Of a stretch of DNA of 64,000 nucleotides, positions 8,709 to 16,700 are shown piece by piece. How positions within the stretch are numbered: position 1 is the stretch's first letter; each line of letters begins with the position of its first letter. Made by a program: the position numbers and the translations under genes. Origin of the DNA: an uncultured Elusimicrobia bacterium (GTDB taxonomy: Bacteria > Elusimicrobiota > Elusimicrobia > 2-01-FULL-59-12); assembly GCA_964604825.1 (NCBI GenBank), contig CAZSAL010000009.1, forward strand, positions 2,479-66,478, written 5' to 3'. The notes under the pieces were generated by a model. The model saw nothing but the letters and a program-made list of their open reading frames with translations, ran no database searches and was not told the origin of the DNA.

Positions 8709-9365
8709 TTACCAGTCTTCATCCGGATGCGGTACTCCGCCTTGCGGTTGTTTCTGTCTCGGTTTTTTCTGTTCGCCCGCGGCGATCGCCGCCAATAACC
8801 GCTGGGCATCCTCTTTGCTCATCTGAGGCTTCTGCTGATTTTGTTTGGCCTGCTGATTTTTGCTCCCGCCGGATTTGGGATTCTTGCATTTCGGCGGATT
8901 CTTCTGAAATCTCATCGCCATACCCAGATTATACTTGGCGTCCTCGTCCGCGGGATTGGCGCGCAGGCTTTCCTTATACGACTCAATGGCTTCCGCCCAC
9001 TTCTGCTCGCGGATAAAGGAATTGCCCTTGTTATACAAAGCCGCGGCACGCAGCGGCTTGAAGGCGGATTGCGCGGCCTGGTCAAACTCGGATTCGGCGC
9101 GGCTGAACTGCCCCATCTGGTACGCCGCGTCGCCTGCGTTGAAGTGGAGAATGCTGGAATTAGGCGCGTCGATCAGCGCGTCATCGTACTTTTTCAGCGC
9201 CCGCTCATAATTCCCGTTCCAGAAATCGCGGTTGGCATATTTAAGCGAAGCCGCACATACTGAAGAAGGCAAAAGGCAAAGGGCAAAGGGCAAAACGAGG
9301 AAGTGCCTTTTAAAAAGGCAAACCTTGTTTTTCCCTTTAACCTTTTCCCTTTTCCCTGTCGTCAT
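8709..9365 (-). CDS. batC: BatC-like TPR protein
   Basis: Signal peptide then TPR repeats (FNAGDAAYQMGQFSRAESEFDQAAQ..., ALYNKGNSFIREQKWAEAIESYKESLRANP). The track start at 9431 overlaps batB; ATG at 9365 (MTTGKREKVKGK...) overlaps the batB stop and is preferred. Confidence 0.7.
   Translation of the reverse strand: MTTGKREKVKGKNKVCLFKRHFLVLPFALCLLPSSVCAASLKYANRDFWNGNYERALKKYDDALIDAPNSSILHFNAGDAAYQMGQFSRAESEFDQAAQSAFKPLRAAALYNKGNSFIREQKWAEAIESYKESLRANPADEDAKYNLGMAMRFQKNPPKCKNPKSGGSKNQQAKQNQQKPQMSKEDAQRLLAAIAAGEQKKPRQKQPQGGVPHPDEDW
9268..9360. repeat. Same palindrome family, copy 3, encoding the BatC signal peptide
   Basis: GGCAAAAGGCAAAGGGCAAAGGGCAAAACGAGG-aagtgCCTTTTAAAAAGGC-aaaCCTTGTTTTTCCCTTTAACCTTTTCCCTTTTCCC; shares a ~30-nt core (GGGCAAAACGAGG...CCTTTTAAAAAGGC) with copy 2. 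Confidence 0.5.
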
Positions 9366-10366
9366 TCTCGTTTCCCTTCCGGGATTGCCAGGCTTATCAG
9401 TAAACAGAATAGAGCAATTCCCAGCGGCCACTGGTACCGGTTTTCCAGACGGTTGAAGAGGCGGGACTTTTGATCTCCGCGCTTTAAATTATCAAGAGCC
9501 TTGCCGATCTGATCGGCCTCGTCTCCCGAAAGATTGGCGCGGTAATACTGCCCGCCGGTTTCCTGAGCAATGCGGGAAAGAGTTGTTTCGTCCATCCGGC
9601 TTAATACGACCTGCCCGTTCTTGTCGCGTTTATAGCCGCTGCGGTGGCCCTGTTCATCGAATATCGGGATAGGATCTCCCTGTGGGCTTCCCACGCCGAT
9701 GGTGAATATTTTCATGCCCAGCTTTGCCGCTTCTTTTGCCGCCCCTATGGGATCGCTTTTGTGGTCCTCCCCATCCGTAAGGAGAATCAGCACGCGCGCC
9801 CCGCCTTCACCCGCCTTCAGGCCTTTGGCCGCGGTGCGTATGGCATCGCCAATGACCGTTCCCGGGATCGGCACGGCGCCCACGTCAATGGCGTCCAGCG
9901 CTTCCTGAGCGGCGGTGTTATCTATGGTAAGAGGGCATTCCACATATGCCTGGCCCGCAAAGGCGATAATGCCCAGGCGGTCGCCCGCCAGCCGGTCGAT
10001 CAGCTGTCCTAAAATCAGTTTGGCATTCGCCATCCGGTTGGGCTTGAGATCCTCGGCCTGCATGGACAGGGAACAATCCACTGCGATAAAAACGTCCAGG
10101 CCCTTTTGTTTGAATTCGACAAGGCGCGCCCCGATTAAAGGTCCGGCCAGAGCGATAGTCGCACTTAAGAGCCCCACGATCTGAAGGAAAGCGGACCAAT
10201 GCCTGCGGCGCGAGAGACCGGCCGGGAACAGCCGTCTGACGGTGGCCTCCTGACCCATAACGCCGACGCCTTGCCTGCGCCAGCGATAGGTCCAGAAAAT
10301 AATGACAGTCAATAACGCAGGTACTACGAAGAAAGCAAACATCGATGGATATGCGACGTAGTTCAT
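9362..10366 (-). CDS. batB: BatB-like von Willebrand factor A domain protein
   Basis: Two N-terminal TM helices then a vWA domain (DVFIAVDCSLSM...LGIIAFAGQAYVECPLT...ILLTDGEDH). Confidence 0.75.
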   Translation of the reverse strand: MNYVAYPSMFAFFVVPALLTVIIFWTYRWRRQGVGVMGQEATVRRLFPAGLSRRRHWSAFLQIVGLLSATIALAGPLIGARLVEFKQKGLDVFIAVDCSLSMQAEDLKPNRMANAKLILGQLIDRLAGDRLGIIAFAGQAYVECPLTIDNTAAQEALDAIDVGAVPIPGTVIGDAIRTAAKGLKAGEGGARVLILLTDGEDHKSDPIGAAKEAAKLGMKIFTIGVGSPQGDPIPIFDEQGHRSGYKRDKNGQVVLSRMDETTLSRIAQETGGQYYRANLSGDEADQIGKALDNLKRGDQKSRLFNRLENRYQWPLGIALFCLLISLAIPEGKRE

Positions 10367-10371
10367 ATGTT

Positions 10372-10456
10372 GTCGCCCCGGAAATTCGTTATCCGGGGCC
10401 CATACATAAAGGTCTTTTTTGATGGATCCCGGCTTACGGCCTGCCGGGAAGACGAC
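10372..10456. mobile_element. GTCAT-family structured repeat, copy B (GTCG variant; between batA and batB)
   Basis: GTCGCCCCGG-aaattcgttat-CCGGGGCCCAT...GGATCCCGGC-ttacggcct-GCCGGGAAGACGAC; near-identical to the reverse complement of copy C. Confidence 0.55.
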
Positions 10457-10475
10457 TTTAGGAGCGCCTCTTTCC

Positions 10476-11468
10476 TCACGGGAAAGTCCTCCAAACCGTC
10501 CGCTCCAGAAGAAAGCCGCCGCTCAGGCAGAGCATAGCTATCACCAGCCACCCCAGATAATTGTCCTCAAAGGTAACCGCCGAGGGCCCGATGATGTCGG
10601 TTTTTTCCAGCTTATCGATCTGAGAATAAATCTCTTCAAATTCTTTGGCGCTTGTGGCGCGGAAATAGTCGCCGCCTGTAGAGTGGGCAATGTCCTGCAA
10701 GGCGGCTTCGTCGAGGTCTTCATTAATAGGAAGCATATGGGTATTCCCAAAGTTATCCTGGACAGGGATGATCGACTGCCCGCGTTTCCCCACGCCGATG
10801 GCATAGATCTTGATGCCGAGCGCGGCCGCGGCTTTGGCCGCTGTGAGCGGGTCAATCTCCCCGGAATTATTGCGGCCGTCCGTAACTAGAATTATGACTT
10901 TGCTTTTGGCTCCGCTTTTCTTCAAGTGATTGCATGCCGTGGCAATGGCTGTACCTATGGCGGTGTTTTCGGTCGTGGTAACGCCCACCTCAATCTGGTC
11001 GAGGAAATCGACCAAAGCTCCATAATCCAGCGTCAGGGGGCATTCCAGTATTGCCACTCCGGCGAAGGCGACCAGACCGATGCGGTCGTAATGCCTGTGT
11101 GTTATGAAGATTTTCGCCGCTTTTTTCGCCTCAGCCATGCGGTCAAGGGGATCGAAATCAAGGGCCCGCATGCTGCCCGAAGTGTCCAGACAGATCATGA
11201 TGTCAATGCCGCGCGCCCGCGCTTCTTCTCCTTTAAGAACAGACTGCGGGCGGGCCAGCGCAACGATCGCCAGTGCGAGGCCGGCGTAGATAAGCGCGGG
11301 AACAGTTTTCCGGTAGCGGACGCGCCATGATGAAGGAAGAGAAGCCGTCATGGAAACGTCGGGATAGGGCAGCGTGGCGCGCGCCGCAGAATGATCCCGT
11401 TCCCGCCACCATATTAAAATGGCCAAGGGAATTAGTAACAGCAGAAAAATAAGGTCCGAGAAATGCAT
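10476..11468 (-). CDS. batA: BatA-like von Willebrand factor A domain protein
   Basis: N-terminal TM helices then vWA (IDIMICLDTSGSMRALDF...IGLVAFAGVAILECPLT...IILVTDGRNNSG), plus a C-terminal TM. Confidence 0.75.
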   Translation of the reverse strand: MHFSDLIFLLLLIPLAILIWWRERDHSAARATLPYPDVSMTASLPSSWRVRYRKTVPALIYAGLALAIVALARPQSVLKGEEARARGIDIMICLDTSGSMRALDFDPLDRMAEAKKAAKIFITHRHYDRIGLVAFAGVAILECPLTLDYGALVDFLDQIEVGVTTTENTAIGTAIATACNHLKKSGAKSKVIILVTDGRNNSGEIDPLTAAKAAAALGIKIYAIGVGKRGQSIIPVQDNFGNTHMLPINEDLDEAALQDIAHSTGGDYFRATSAKEFEEIYSQIDKLEKTDIIGPSAVTFEDNYLGWLVIAMLCLSGGFLLERTVWRTFP

Positions 11469-11498
11469 AAGTTAAAAGATCCTAATCAAGATAAAACA

Positions 11499-11585
11499 GT
11501 CGTCGTCCCGAAGGTCGTAAGCCGGGACCCATCAAAAAAGGCCTTCATAAATGGGCCCCGGACAACGGATTTCCGGGGCGACGAC
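11499..11585. mobile_element. GTCAT-family structured repeat, copy C (inverted orientation; between DUF4381 gene and batA)
   Basis: GTCGTCGTCCCGAAGGTCGTAAGCCGGGACCCATCAAAAAAGGCCTTCATAAATGGGCCCCGGACAACGGATTTCCGGGGCGACGAC. Confidence 0.55.
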
Positions 11586-11589
11586 TTAA

Positions 11590-12483
11590 TCATTGCTCCA
11601 ATCCTCGCAATGATTTCCTCGTTTTCTCCACTATCTGTACCGCGCTGGCGTGATCCTTCAGCGCTTCCGCCGCGTCCGGCCGGAGCTTGGCGAATTTCAC
11701 CAGGTCGCAGCTTTCCAGCAGATCTTTAATCTGAAGGATAACGGGCGATTCAAGCTTTCCCTGCTTGCGCAGGTCCCGCAGCAGTTCGCTGGTGGTGCGT
11801 TCGAGAGCAGGACAATGGAACCCGTTCTCAATGTAGCTGCGGAGCGCGTCGCTCAGTCCGATATAAAATTCTTTCAGCCGGCCGTTTTCCACCCAGCCTG
11901 TTGCCAGAAGCTCCTGCAGCCTGCGCAGAGCGACAGTATCTGCTGGCTCCGGTGGCGGAGGAGGCGGACCATGCAGCTTTGCCTGGCGTTTTTTCCAGAA
12001 CCAGACGCCTGCCGCTGAAGCGATCGCAGCCAGAAGCACCCACCACCAGATTGACCAGGCAACAGGGCCGAGCACGCCCTTGATGCCGCGGATGTCTCCT
12101 TTGTCCTTTGGACCGGGTGGGACCTCCTGGATCGTGACCGTCATCGAAGAAACCGTCACATGCCTGCTGCGCCCTTTTAAATCACTGAGGGAAAATTCCA
12201 CGCCGCTCAATGTCTGCTGGCCGGTAGTGAAATTCTGCAACTCGGTTTTAAGCTGCATGGCATTGGTTCCCGGAACCGCAGTGACCGTGCTTGAATACAC
12301 TTCGAAAGTGCCCCAGTTTTTGGGTGTTGGGGGGAATAAGACCAGTTGATCGCCGGGAGGGGTAACCTTTACGGTCAAAGAGAACAGATCTCCAAGCCTG
12401 GCCTGGCTCGGCTGAAGCTGGGCATTAACTGTCGCTGTGGCGACGGTGGTTGAGTGACTTTGTTTAACGGAATCTTTTGACAC
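11590..12483 (-). CDS. DUF4381-like membrane protein of the Bat/MoxR operon
   Basis: Central TM (WSIWWWVLLAAIASAAGVWFW), a proline tract, and a C-terminal helical region. It sits between DUF58 and batA, as in described aerotolerance operons. Confidence 0.55.
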   Translation of the reverse strand: MSKDSVKQSHSTTVATATVNAQLQPSQARLGDLFSLTVKVTPPGDQLVLFPPTPKNWGTFEVYSSTVTAVPGTNAMQLKTELQNFTTGQQTLSGVEFSLSDLKGRSRHVTVSSMTVTIQEVPPGPKDKGDIRGIKGVLGPVAWSIWWWVLLAAIASAAGVWFWKKRQAKLHGPPPPPPEPADTVALRRLQELLATGWVENGRLKEFYIGLSDALRSYIENGFHCPALERTTSELLRDLRKQGKLESPVILQIKDLLESCDLVKFAKLRPDAAEALKDHASAVQIVEKTRKSLRGLEQ

Positions 12484-13339
12484 GGGATTGGAAGAACTGA
12501 ACCAGCGGTTGAACGAAGGACCGGTCGGTTCTCAGCACGATATGATCGATTCCATGGCGCTGCAGCATTTTCTTCAAATACTGCCGTCGCGCCAGAGAAT
12601 TTTCCTGAAATTGTTTGCGGACGGCCACGTCCCGCGTATCCACCCACATGCGTGTTCCAGTTTCGGCATCGCTTAATTCGAGCAAACCCACCTTCGGCAG
12701 CGTCTCTTCGCGGGGATCAAGCAGCTGCAGAGCTATGAGATCGTGCCGTTTATTGGTTATAGCGAGAAGCCGTTCGTCCACCGCGTAAAAATCAGACAGC
12801 AGAAACGCCACGGCTTTGCGCTTGACCACGCGGTTAAGGTAACGCAGGGCTTCGTTGATGTCCGTTTGAATGCGCCGGGGAGCAAATTCCAGAACATCGC
12901 GGATCACCCTCAGGGTGTGCGTCCGTCCTTTCCGGGGGCGGATGAATTTTTCCACGCGATCGGAAAAAAGACATAGCCCGACTTTGTCGTTATTTCGGAT
13001 GGCGGAAAAAGCGAGCACCGCGGCGACTTCCGCTGCCTGATCGGATTTCCATTTGAGGGCCGTGCCAAACCGCAGCGAGGCGCTGCCGTCAACCAGCAGC
13101 ATCACGGTCATTTCCCGTTCGGCAACGAACTTCTTCACGTAAGGATGACCGGTACGCGCGGTCACATTCCAGTCAATGGCGCGGACATCGTCGCCGGGGA
13201 CGTATTCGCGCACTTCGGCAAATTCCATGCCCAGGCCGCGGAAAACGCTGCCGTACTGCCCGGAGAAAATTTCATTCACCAGGCGCCGGGTCTTGATTTC
13301 AAGACGATGAACTTGCGAAATGAGATCGCGGGTAATCAT
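12464..13339 (-). CDS. DUF58 family protein (MoxR partner, vWA-like)
   Basis: SGQYGSVFRGLGMEFAEVREYVPGDDVRAIDWNVTARTGHPYVKKF is the characteristic DUF58 block; it overlaps the downstream gene by 20 nt. Confidence 0.8.
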   Translation of the reverse strand: MITRDLISQVHRLEIKTRRLVNEIFSGQYGSVFRGLGMEFAEVREYVPGDDVRAIDWNVTARTGHPYVKKFVAEREMTVMLLVDGSASLRFGTALKWKSDQAAEVAAVLAFSAIRNNDKVGLCLFSDRVEKFIRPRKGRTHTLRVIRDVLEFAPRRIQTDINEALRYLNRVVKRKAVAFLLSDFYAVDERLLAITNKRHDLIALQLLDPREETLPKVGLLELSDAETGTRMWVDTRDVAVRKQFQENSLARRQYLKKMLQRHGIDHIVLRTDRSFVQPLVQFFQSRVKRFR

Positions 13340-13458
13340 GAGCGATTGTGTTGACGTCTTTCGGTTTTCAGTTCTCGGATTCTGGCCTTTTTGAAATTGG
13401 ATTCAAAATCCTAAATCAGAGAGGCCGAGAAGCAAGAATTGAAAGACAGGTTTCATGG

Positions 13459-14448
13459 TTAAGGGACTTCCACTGCCGCGAATAATTTCTGCACGATATC
13501 TTCGGAAGTCGTATTTTCCGCGTCCGCCTCATAAGTAAGAAGGATGCGATGCCGCAGAATGTCCGGCCCGATGGTTTTAACGTCTTCCGGAGTGACGTAT
13601 CCCCGGCCCTGCAGGAACGCATAGGCTTTGACGGCCTGCGTAAGGCAGATTGTTGCGCGAGGGGAAGCTCCGTAGGCGACCAGGCTCTTAATTCCGTCTA
13701 ATTTATACCGGTCCGGGAAGCGCGAGGCAAAGACCAGATCCAGAATATAGTTCTTGATCTTCTCGTCGACATAGATTTCATTCACGATGGCGCGCGCGGA
13801 CAGGATCTCGTCCGGATGCACGACCGGCTTGATCTCAATGGGATGCCCTGTGGTCATCCGGTCGAGGATAAGCCGCTCTTCTTCCCGCGAGGGGTATGTG
13901 ATTTTAAGTTTCAGCATGAAGCGGTCCACCTGCGCTTCGGGAAGGGGATAAGTTCCCTCCTGCTCTATCGGATTCTGCGTGGCCAGCACCAGAAACGGCG
14001 CGGGAAGTTGGAAGCTTTCTTCGCCGATCGTGACCTGATGCTCCTGCATTGCCTCCAGAAGCGCGCTCTGCACCTTGGAAGGCGCCCGGTTGATTTCATC
14101 GGCCAGCAGCAGGTTGGTGAATATCGGACCTTTCTTCACAAAAAAGTGGCTGTCTTTGGGATTGTAAACCGTCGTGCCGATCAGGTCCGCAGGCAGCAGA
14201 TCAGGAGTAAATTGAATGCGCTGGAACTGGGTGTCGATAGACTTTGCCATAGTGCGCACTGCCAGAGTCTTAGCAAGCCCGGGGACTCCTTCGAGAAGCA
14301 CATGGCCGTCCGCCAGGAGCCCGACCAGGAGCCGTTCCACCAGATATTCCTGGCCAACGATCACTTTTCCTATCTCCTGTTTGAGCGCCTGGATAAAAAC
14401 GCTCACCTTGCTTACTTTTTCATGAATTACGCGGATGCTTTGGTCCAT
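13459..14448 (-). CDS. moxR: MoxR-family AAA+ ATPase
   Basis: IVGQEYLVERLLVGLLADGHVLLEGVPGLAKT (Walker A), LLADEINRAPSKVQSALLEAMQE (Walker B/sensor); ~329 aa. Confidence 0.85.
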   Translation of the reverse strand: MDQSIRVIHEKVSKVSVFIQALKQEIGKVIVGQEYLVERLLVGLLADGHVLLEGVPGLAKTLAVRTMAKSIDTQFQRIQFTPDLLPADLIGTTVYNPKDSHFFVKKGPIFTNLLLADEINRAPSKVQSALLEAMQEHQVTIGEESFQLPAPFLVLATQNPIEQEGTYPLPEAQVDRFMLKLKITYPSREEERLILDRMTTGHPIEIKPVVHPDEILSARAIVNEIYVDEKIKNYILDLVFASRFPDRYKLDGIKSLVAYGASPRATICLTQAVKAYAFLQGRGYVTPEDVKTIGPDILRHRILLTYEADAENTTSEDIVQKLFAAVEVP

Positions 14449-14559
14449 ACGAAATTCCTCCCATGATAATAAAAGCTGTTCCCATCTTTATAATCCATCC
14501 TGAATTTTTTTGTCAAGACGCGGCATCCTAAAAGCTTTCTCAGGATTCTAATAGGTAAG

Positions 14560-15204
14560 GTGAAAAAGGGATGGCTTATCCTTGTGCTTCTGTGCTTTGC
14601 CTGCGGCGCCGAGGCTGCTTCGTCCGCGACCTGGTTCGGCAGCGATCGCTTTTCCCTTATGCTGGGAGCAACGCTCCTGCACAGTGGATCTGACACGGAA
14701 TTTCTCCCGGCTTTGGCCCTGCGCTACAGGCTCGACCTGCCGTGGCTTTCCGCTATAGAAATAGGAGGGGCCACTCCGACCAATGTCTCAAGCAATCTGT
14801 CGCAGGACTCCAGGAACGTTTTTTCCGGGACCGTTCAGTCGCAGGTAGATTCGGTCAGGGAAGGCCATATTGCCGGCATCTGGGAATTCTGGAAGAAAGA
14901 CTGGATGATACCGGAGTTCGCCCTAGGCCTGTCCGTGGCAAATTTCGAGAACCAGGCAACGGAGAATCCGCCCTTTGATCCGTATCCCTTTCAGGAGGGG
15001 CATACAACAATATCTCAGCTAACCCAGCTCGGCGTAAGGTTCCCATGCCCGCACGGAAAAGAGTTGGGCCTGGAAAATCTTTCTCTGCACGCGGACGCCG
15101 GCTATGTCCACTACTCAAACCATCTGAATCCTCCGGACGGACAAGATTTCAATCTCGGAGTGTCCGGACTCACCTTCCGCATGATGCTTGAGCTTCAGTT
15201 TTAG
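14560..15204 (+). CDS. Small outer-membrane beta-barrel-like protein (hypothetical)
   Basis: GTG start; signal peptide MKKGWLILVLLCFACGAEAAS; alternating amphipathic pattern; C-terminal ...RMMLELQF (terminal Phe as in OMPs). Confidence 0.4.
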   Translation: MKKGWLILVLLCFACGAEAASSATWFGSDRFSLMLGATLLHSGSDTEFLPALALRYRLDLPWLSAIEIGGATPTNVSSNLSQDSRNVFSGTVQSQVDSVREGHIAGIWEFWKKDWMIPEFALGLSVANFENQATENPPFDPYPFQEGHTTISQLTQLGVRFPCPHGKELGLENLSLHADAGYVHYSNHLNPPDGQDFNLGVSGLTFRMMLELQF

Positions 15205-15270
15205 GCCCACCCGGAGAATCGAAGCAAGTAGCCTGAAGGGAAACCCGTTTTTATATAATGCATCCACTAC

Positions 15271-15320
15271 CATCCCTCCAGTGGTGTTAATGGAGGATGG
15301 CCTAGCTCCTAAAAAAGGAT
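15271..15320 (+). promoter_or_regulatory. 5'-leader structure upstream of the inositol-1-phosphate synthase gene with alternative SD-sequestering pairings
   Basis: CATCCCTCCA-gtggtgttaa-TGGAGGATGG hairpin (15271-15300). The same CCATCC tract is also complementary to the presumptive RBS AAGGATGG at 15313-15320. A TATAAT lies at 15254-15259. Confidence 0.3.
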
Positions 15321-15329
15321 GGTCGCAAG

Positions 15330-16676
15330 GTGAAAAAATCCAACGCTTCTGTCATGTCTCAAAGTTCTGAGTCGGTAAAAATCGCCCCGGCAAAAGGGAA
15401 ACTGGGAATTCTAATGCCCGGACTGGGCGCAGTAGCCAGTACATTTATCGCCGGAGTTATGGCTTCCCGCAAAGGCCTCGGCAAGCCCATCGGGTCGCTC
15501 ACCCAGATGGGCACCATACGCCTGGGCAAACGCACGGAACACCGCATCCCTATGATCAAGGATTTTGTGCCGCTTGCCGAACTGAAGGATCTCGTTTTCG
15601 GCGGCTGGGATATTTTCCCGGACAATATGTTTCGCGCCGCCACAAAAGCCGGAGTGCTTACCGCCGAACACCTCGCTCCCCTGCGCGCCGAGCTGGAAAA
15701 AATCAAACCGATGCCCGCGGTTTTTGATACTGCCTATGTCTCACGCATTTCCGGACCGAACGTTAAAAAGGGCAAATCCAAAATGGATCTGGCCCAGCAA
15801 CTCATGGCAGACATTGCCCAATTCAAGAAGACAAACCGCCTGGACCGGCTGGTGATGATCTGGTGCGCTTCTACGGAAAAATACCAGAAGGCGGCGGCGG
15901 TTCATAAAAATCTTGCGGTCTTTGAGAAAGGCCTCAGGGAAAATTCCCCGGACATTTCCCCCAGCCAGATTTACGCCTACGCCGCGCTGCAGTCCGGCGT
16001 TCCGGTTGCAAACGGCGCGCCCAACCTGATGGTGGATATCGGCGCCATCCGCGAACTGGCGGCGAAAAAGAGCCTCCCGGTTTGCGGCAAAGACTTCAAA
16101 ACCGGCCAGACCTTCATCAAGACCGTGCTGGCGCCCGCCTTCAAAGCGCGCCTGCTGGGACTGGACGGCTGGTTCTCTGCCAATATCCTCGGGAACCGGG
16201 ACGGCGAAGTGCTCGACGACCCGGAAGCTTTCAAGACCAAGGAAGAGTCAAAGCTCTCCGTTCTGGAATACATCCTTCAGCCCGATCTGTATCCCGATCT
16301 TTACGGCCACTATGACCATAAAGTACGGATAAATTACTACCCGCCCCGCGGCGACAACAAAGAAGGATGGGACAACATCGACATCTTCGGCTGGCTGAAT
16401 TATCCGATGCAGATCAAGGTGAATTTCCTCTGCCGGGATTCCATTCTGGCCGCGCCGATCGTCCTTGACCTGGCTATTTTTGTTGATCTGGCGCATCGCG
16501 CGGGGATGCAGGGCATTCAGGAATGGCTTTCCTTCTATTTCAAAAGCCCGATGGCTGCGCCGGGGCTTTACCCAGAGCATGACCTGTTTATCCAGCTGAT
16601 GAAGCTCAAAAACACCCTGCGCTATCTGCGCGGCGAAGAGCTCATCACGCACTTGGGCATCGAGTACTACGACTAG
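15330..16676 (+). CDS. ino1: myo-Inositol-1-phosphate synthase
   Basis: GILMPGLGAVASTFIAG (NAD-binding), NGAPN, KTGQT, and ~440 aa length typical of bacterial/archaeal MIPS. Start could be GTG 15330 or ATG 15354. Confidence 0.85.
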   Translation: MKKSNASVMSQSSESVKIAPAKGKLGILMPGLGAVASTFIAGVMASRKGLGKPIGSLTQMGTIRLGKRTEHRIPMIKDFVPLAELKDLVFGGWDIFPDNMFRAATKAGVLTAEHLAPLRAELEKIKPMPAVFDTAYVSRISGPNVKKGKSKMDLAQQLMADIAQFKKTNRLDRLVMIWCASTEKYQKAAAVHKNLAVFEKGLRENSPDISPSQIYAYAALQSGVPVANGAPNLMVDIGAIRELAAKKSLPVCGKDFKTGQTFIKTVLAPAFKARLLGLDGWFSANILGNRDGEVLDDPEAFKTKEESKLSVLEYILQPDLYPDLYGHYDHKVRINYYPPRGDNKEGWDNIDIFGWLNYPMQIKVNFLCRDSILAAPIVLDLAIFVDLAHRAGMQGIQEWLSFYFKSPMAAPGLYPEHDLFIQLMKLKNTLRYLRGEELITHLGIEYYD

Positions 16677-16700
16677 CAGTAAAAAACTTAAAAAAAGGGC

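Noticed and set aside
7791-9263. Plus-strand ORFs 7791..8534, 8503..8826, 8841..9263 inside batD/batC
   Set aside because: Antisense to bat genes. ORF 8503..8826 only looks protein-like because it reads the palindromic signal-peptide cassette on the opposite strand.
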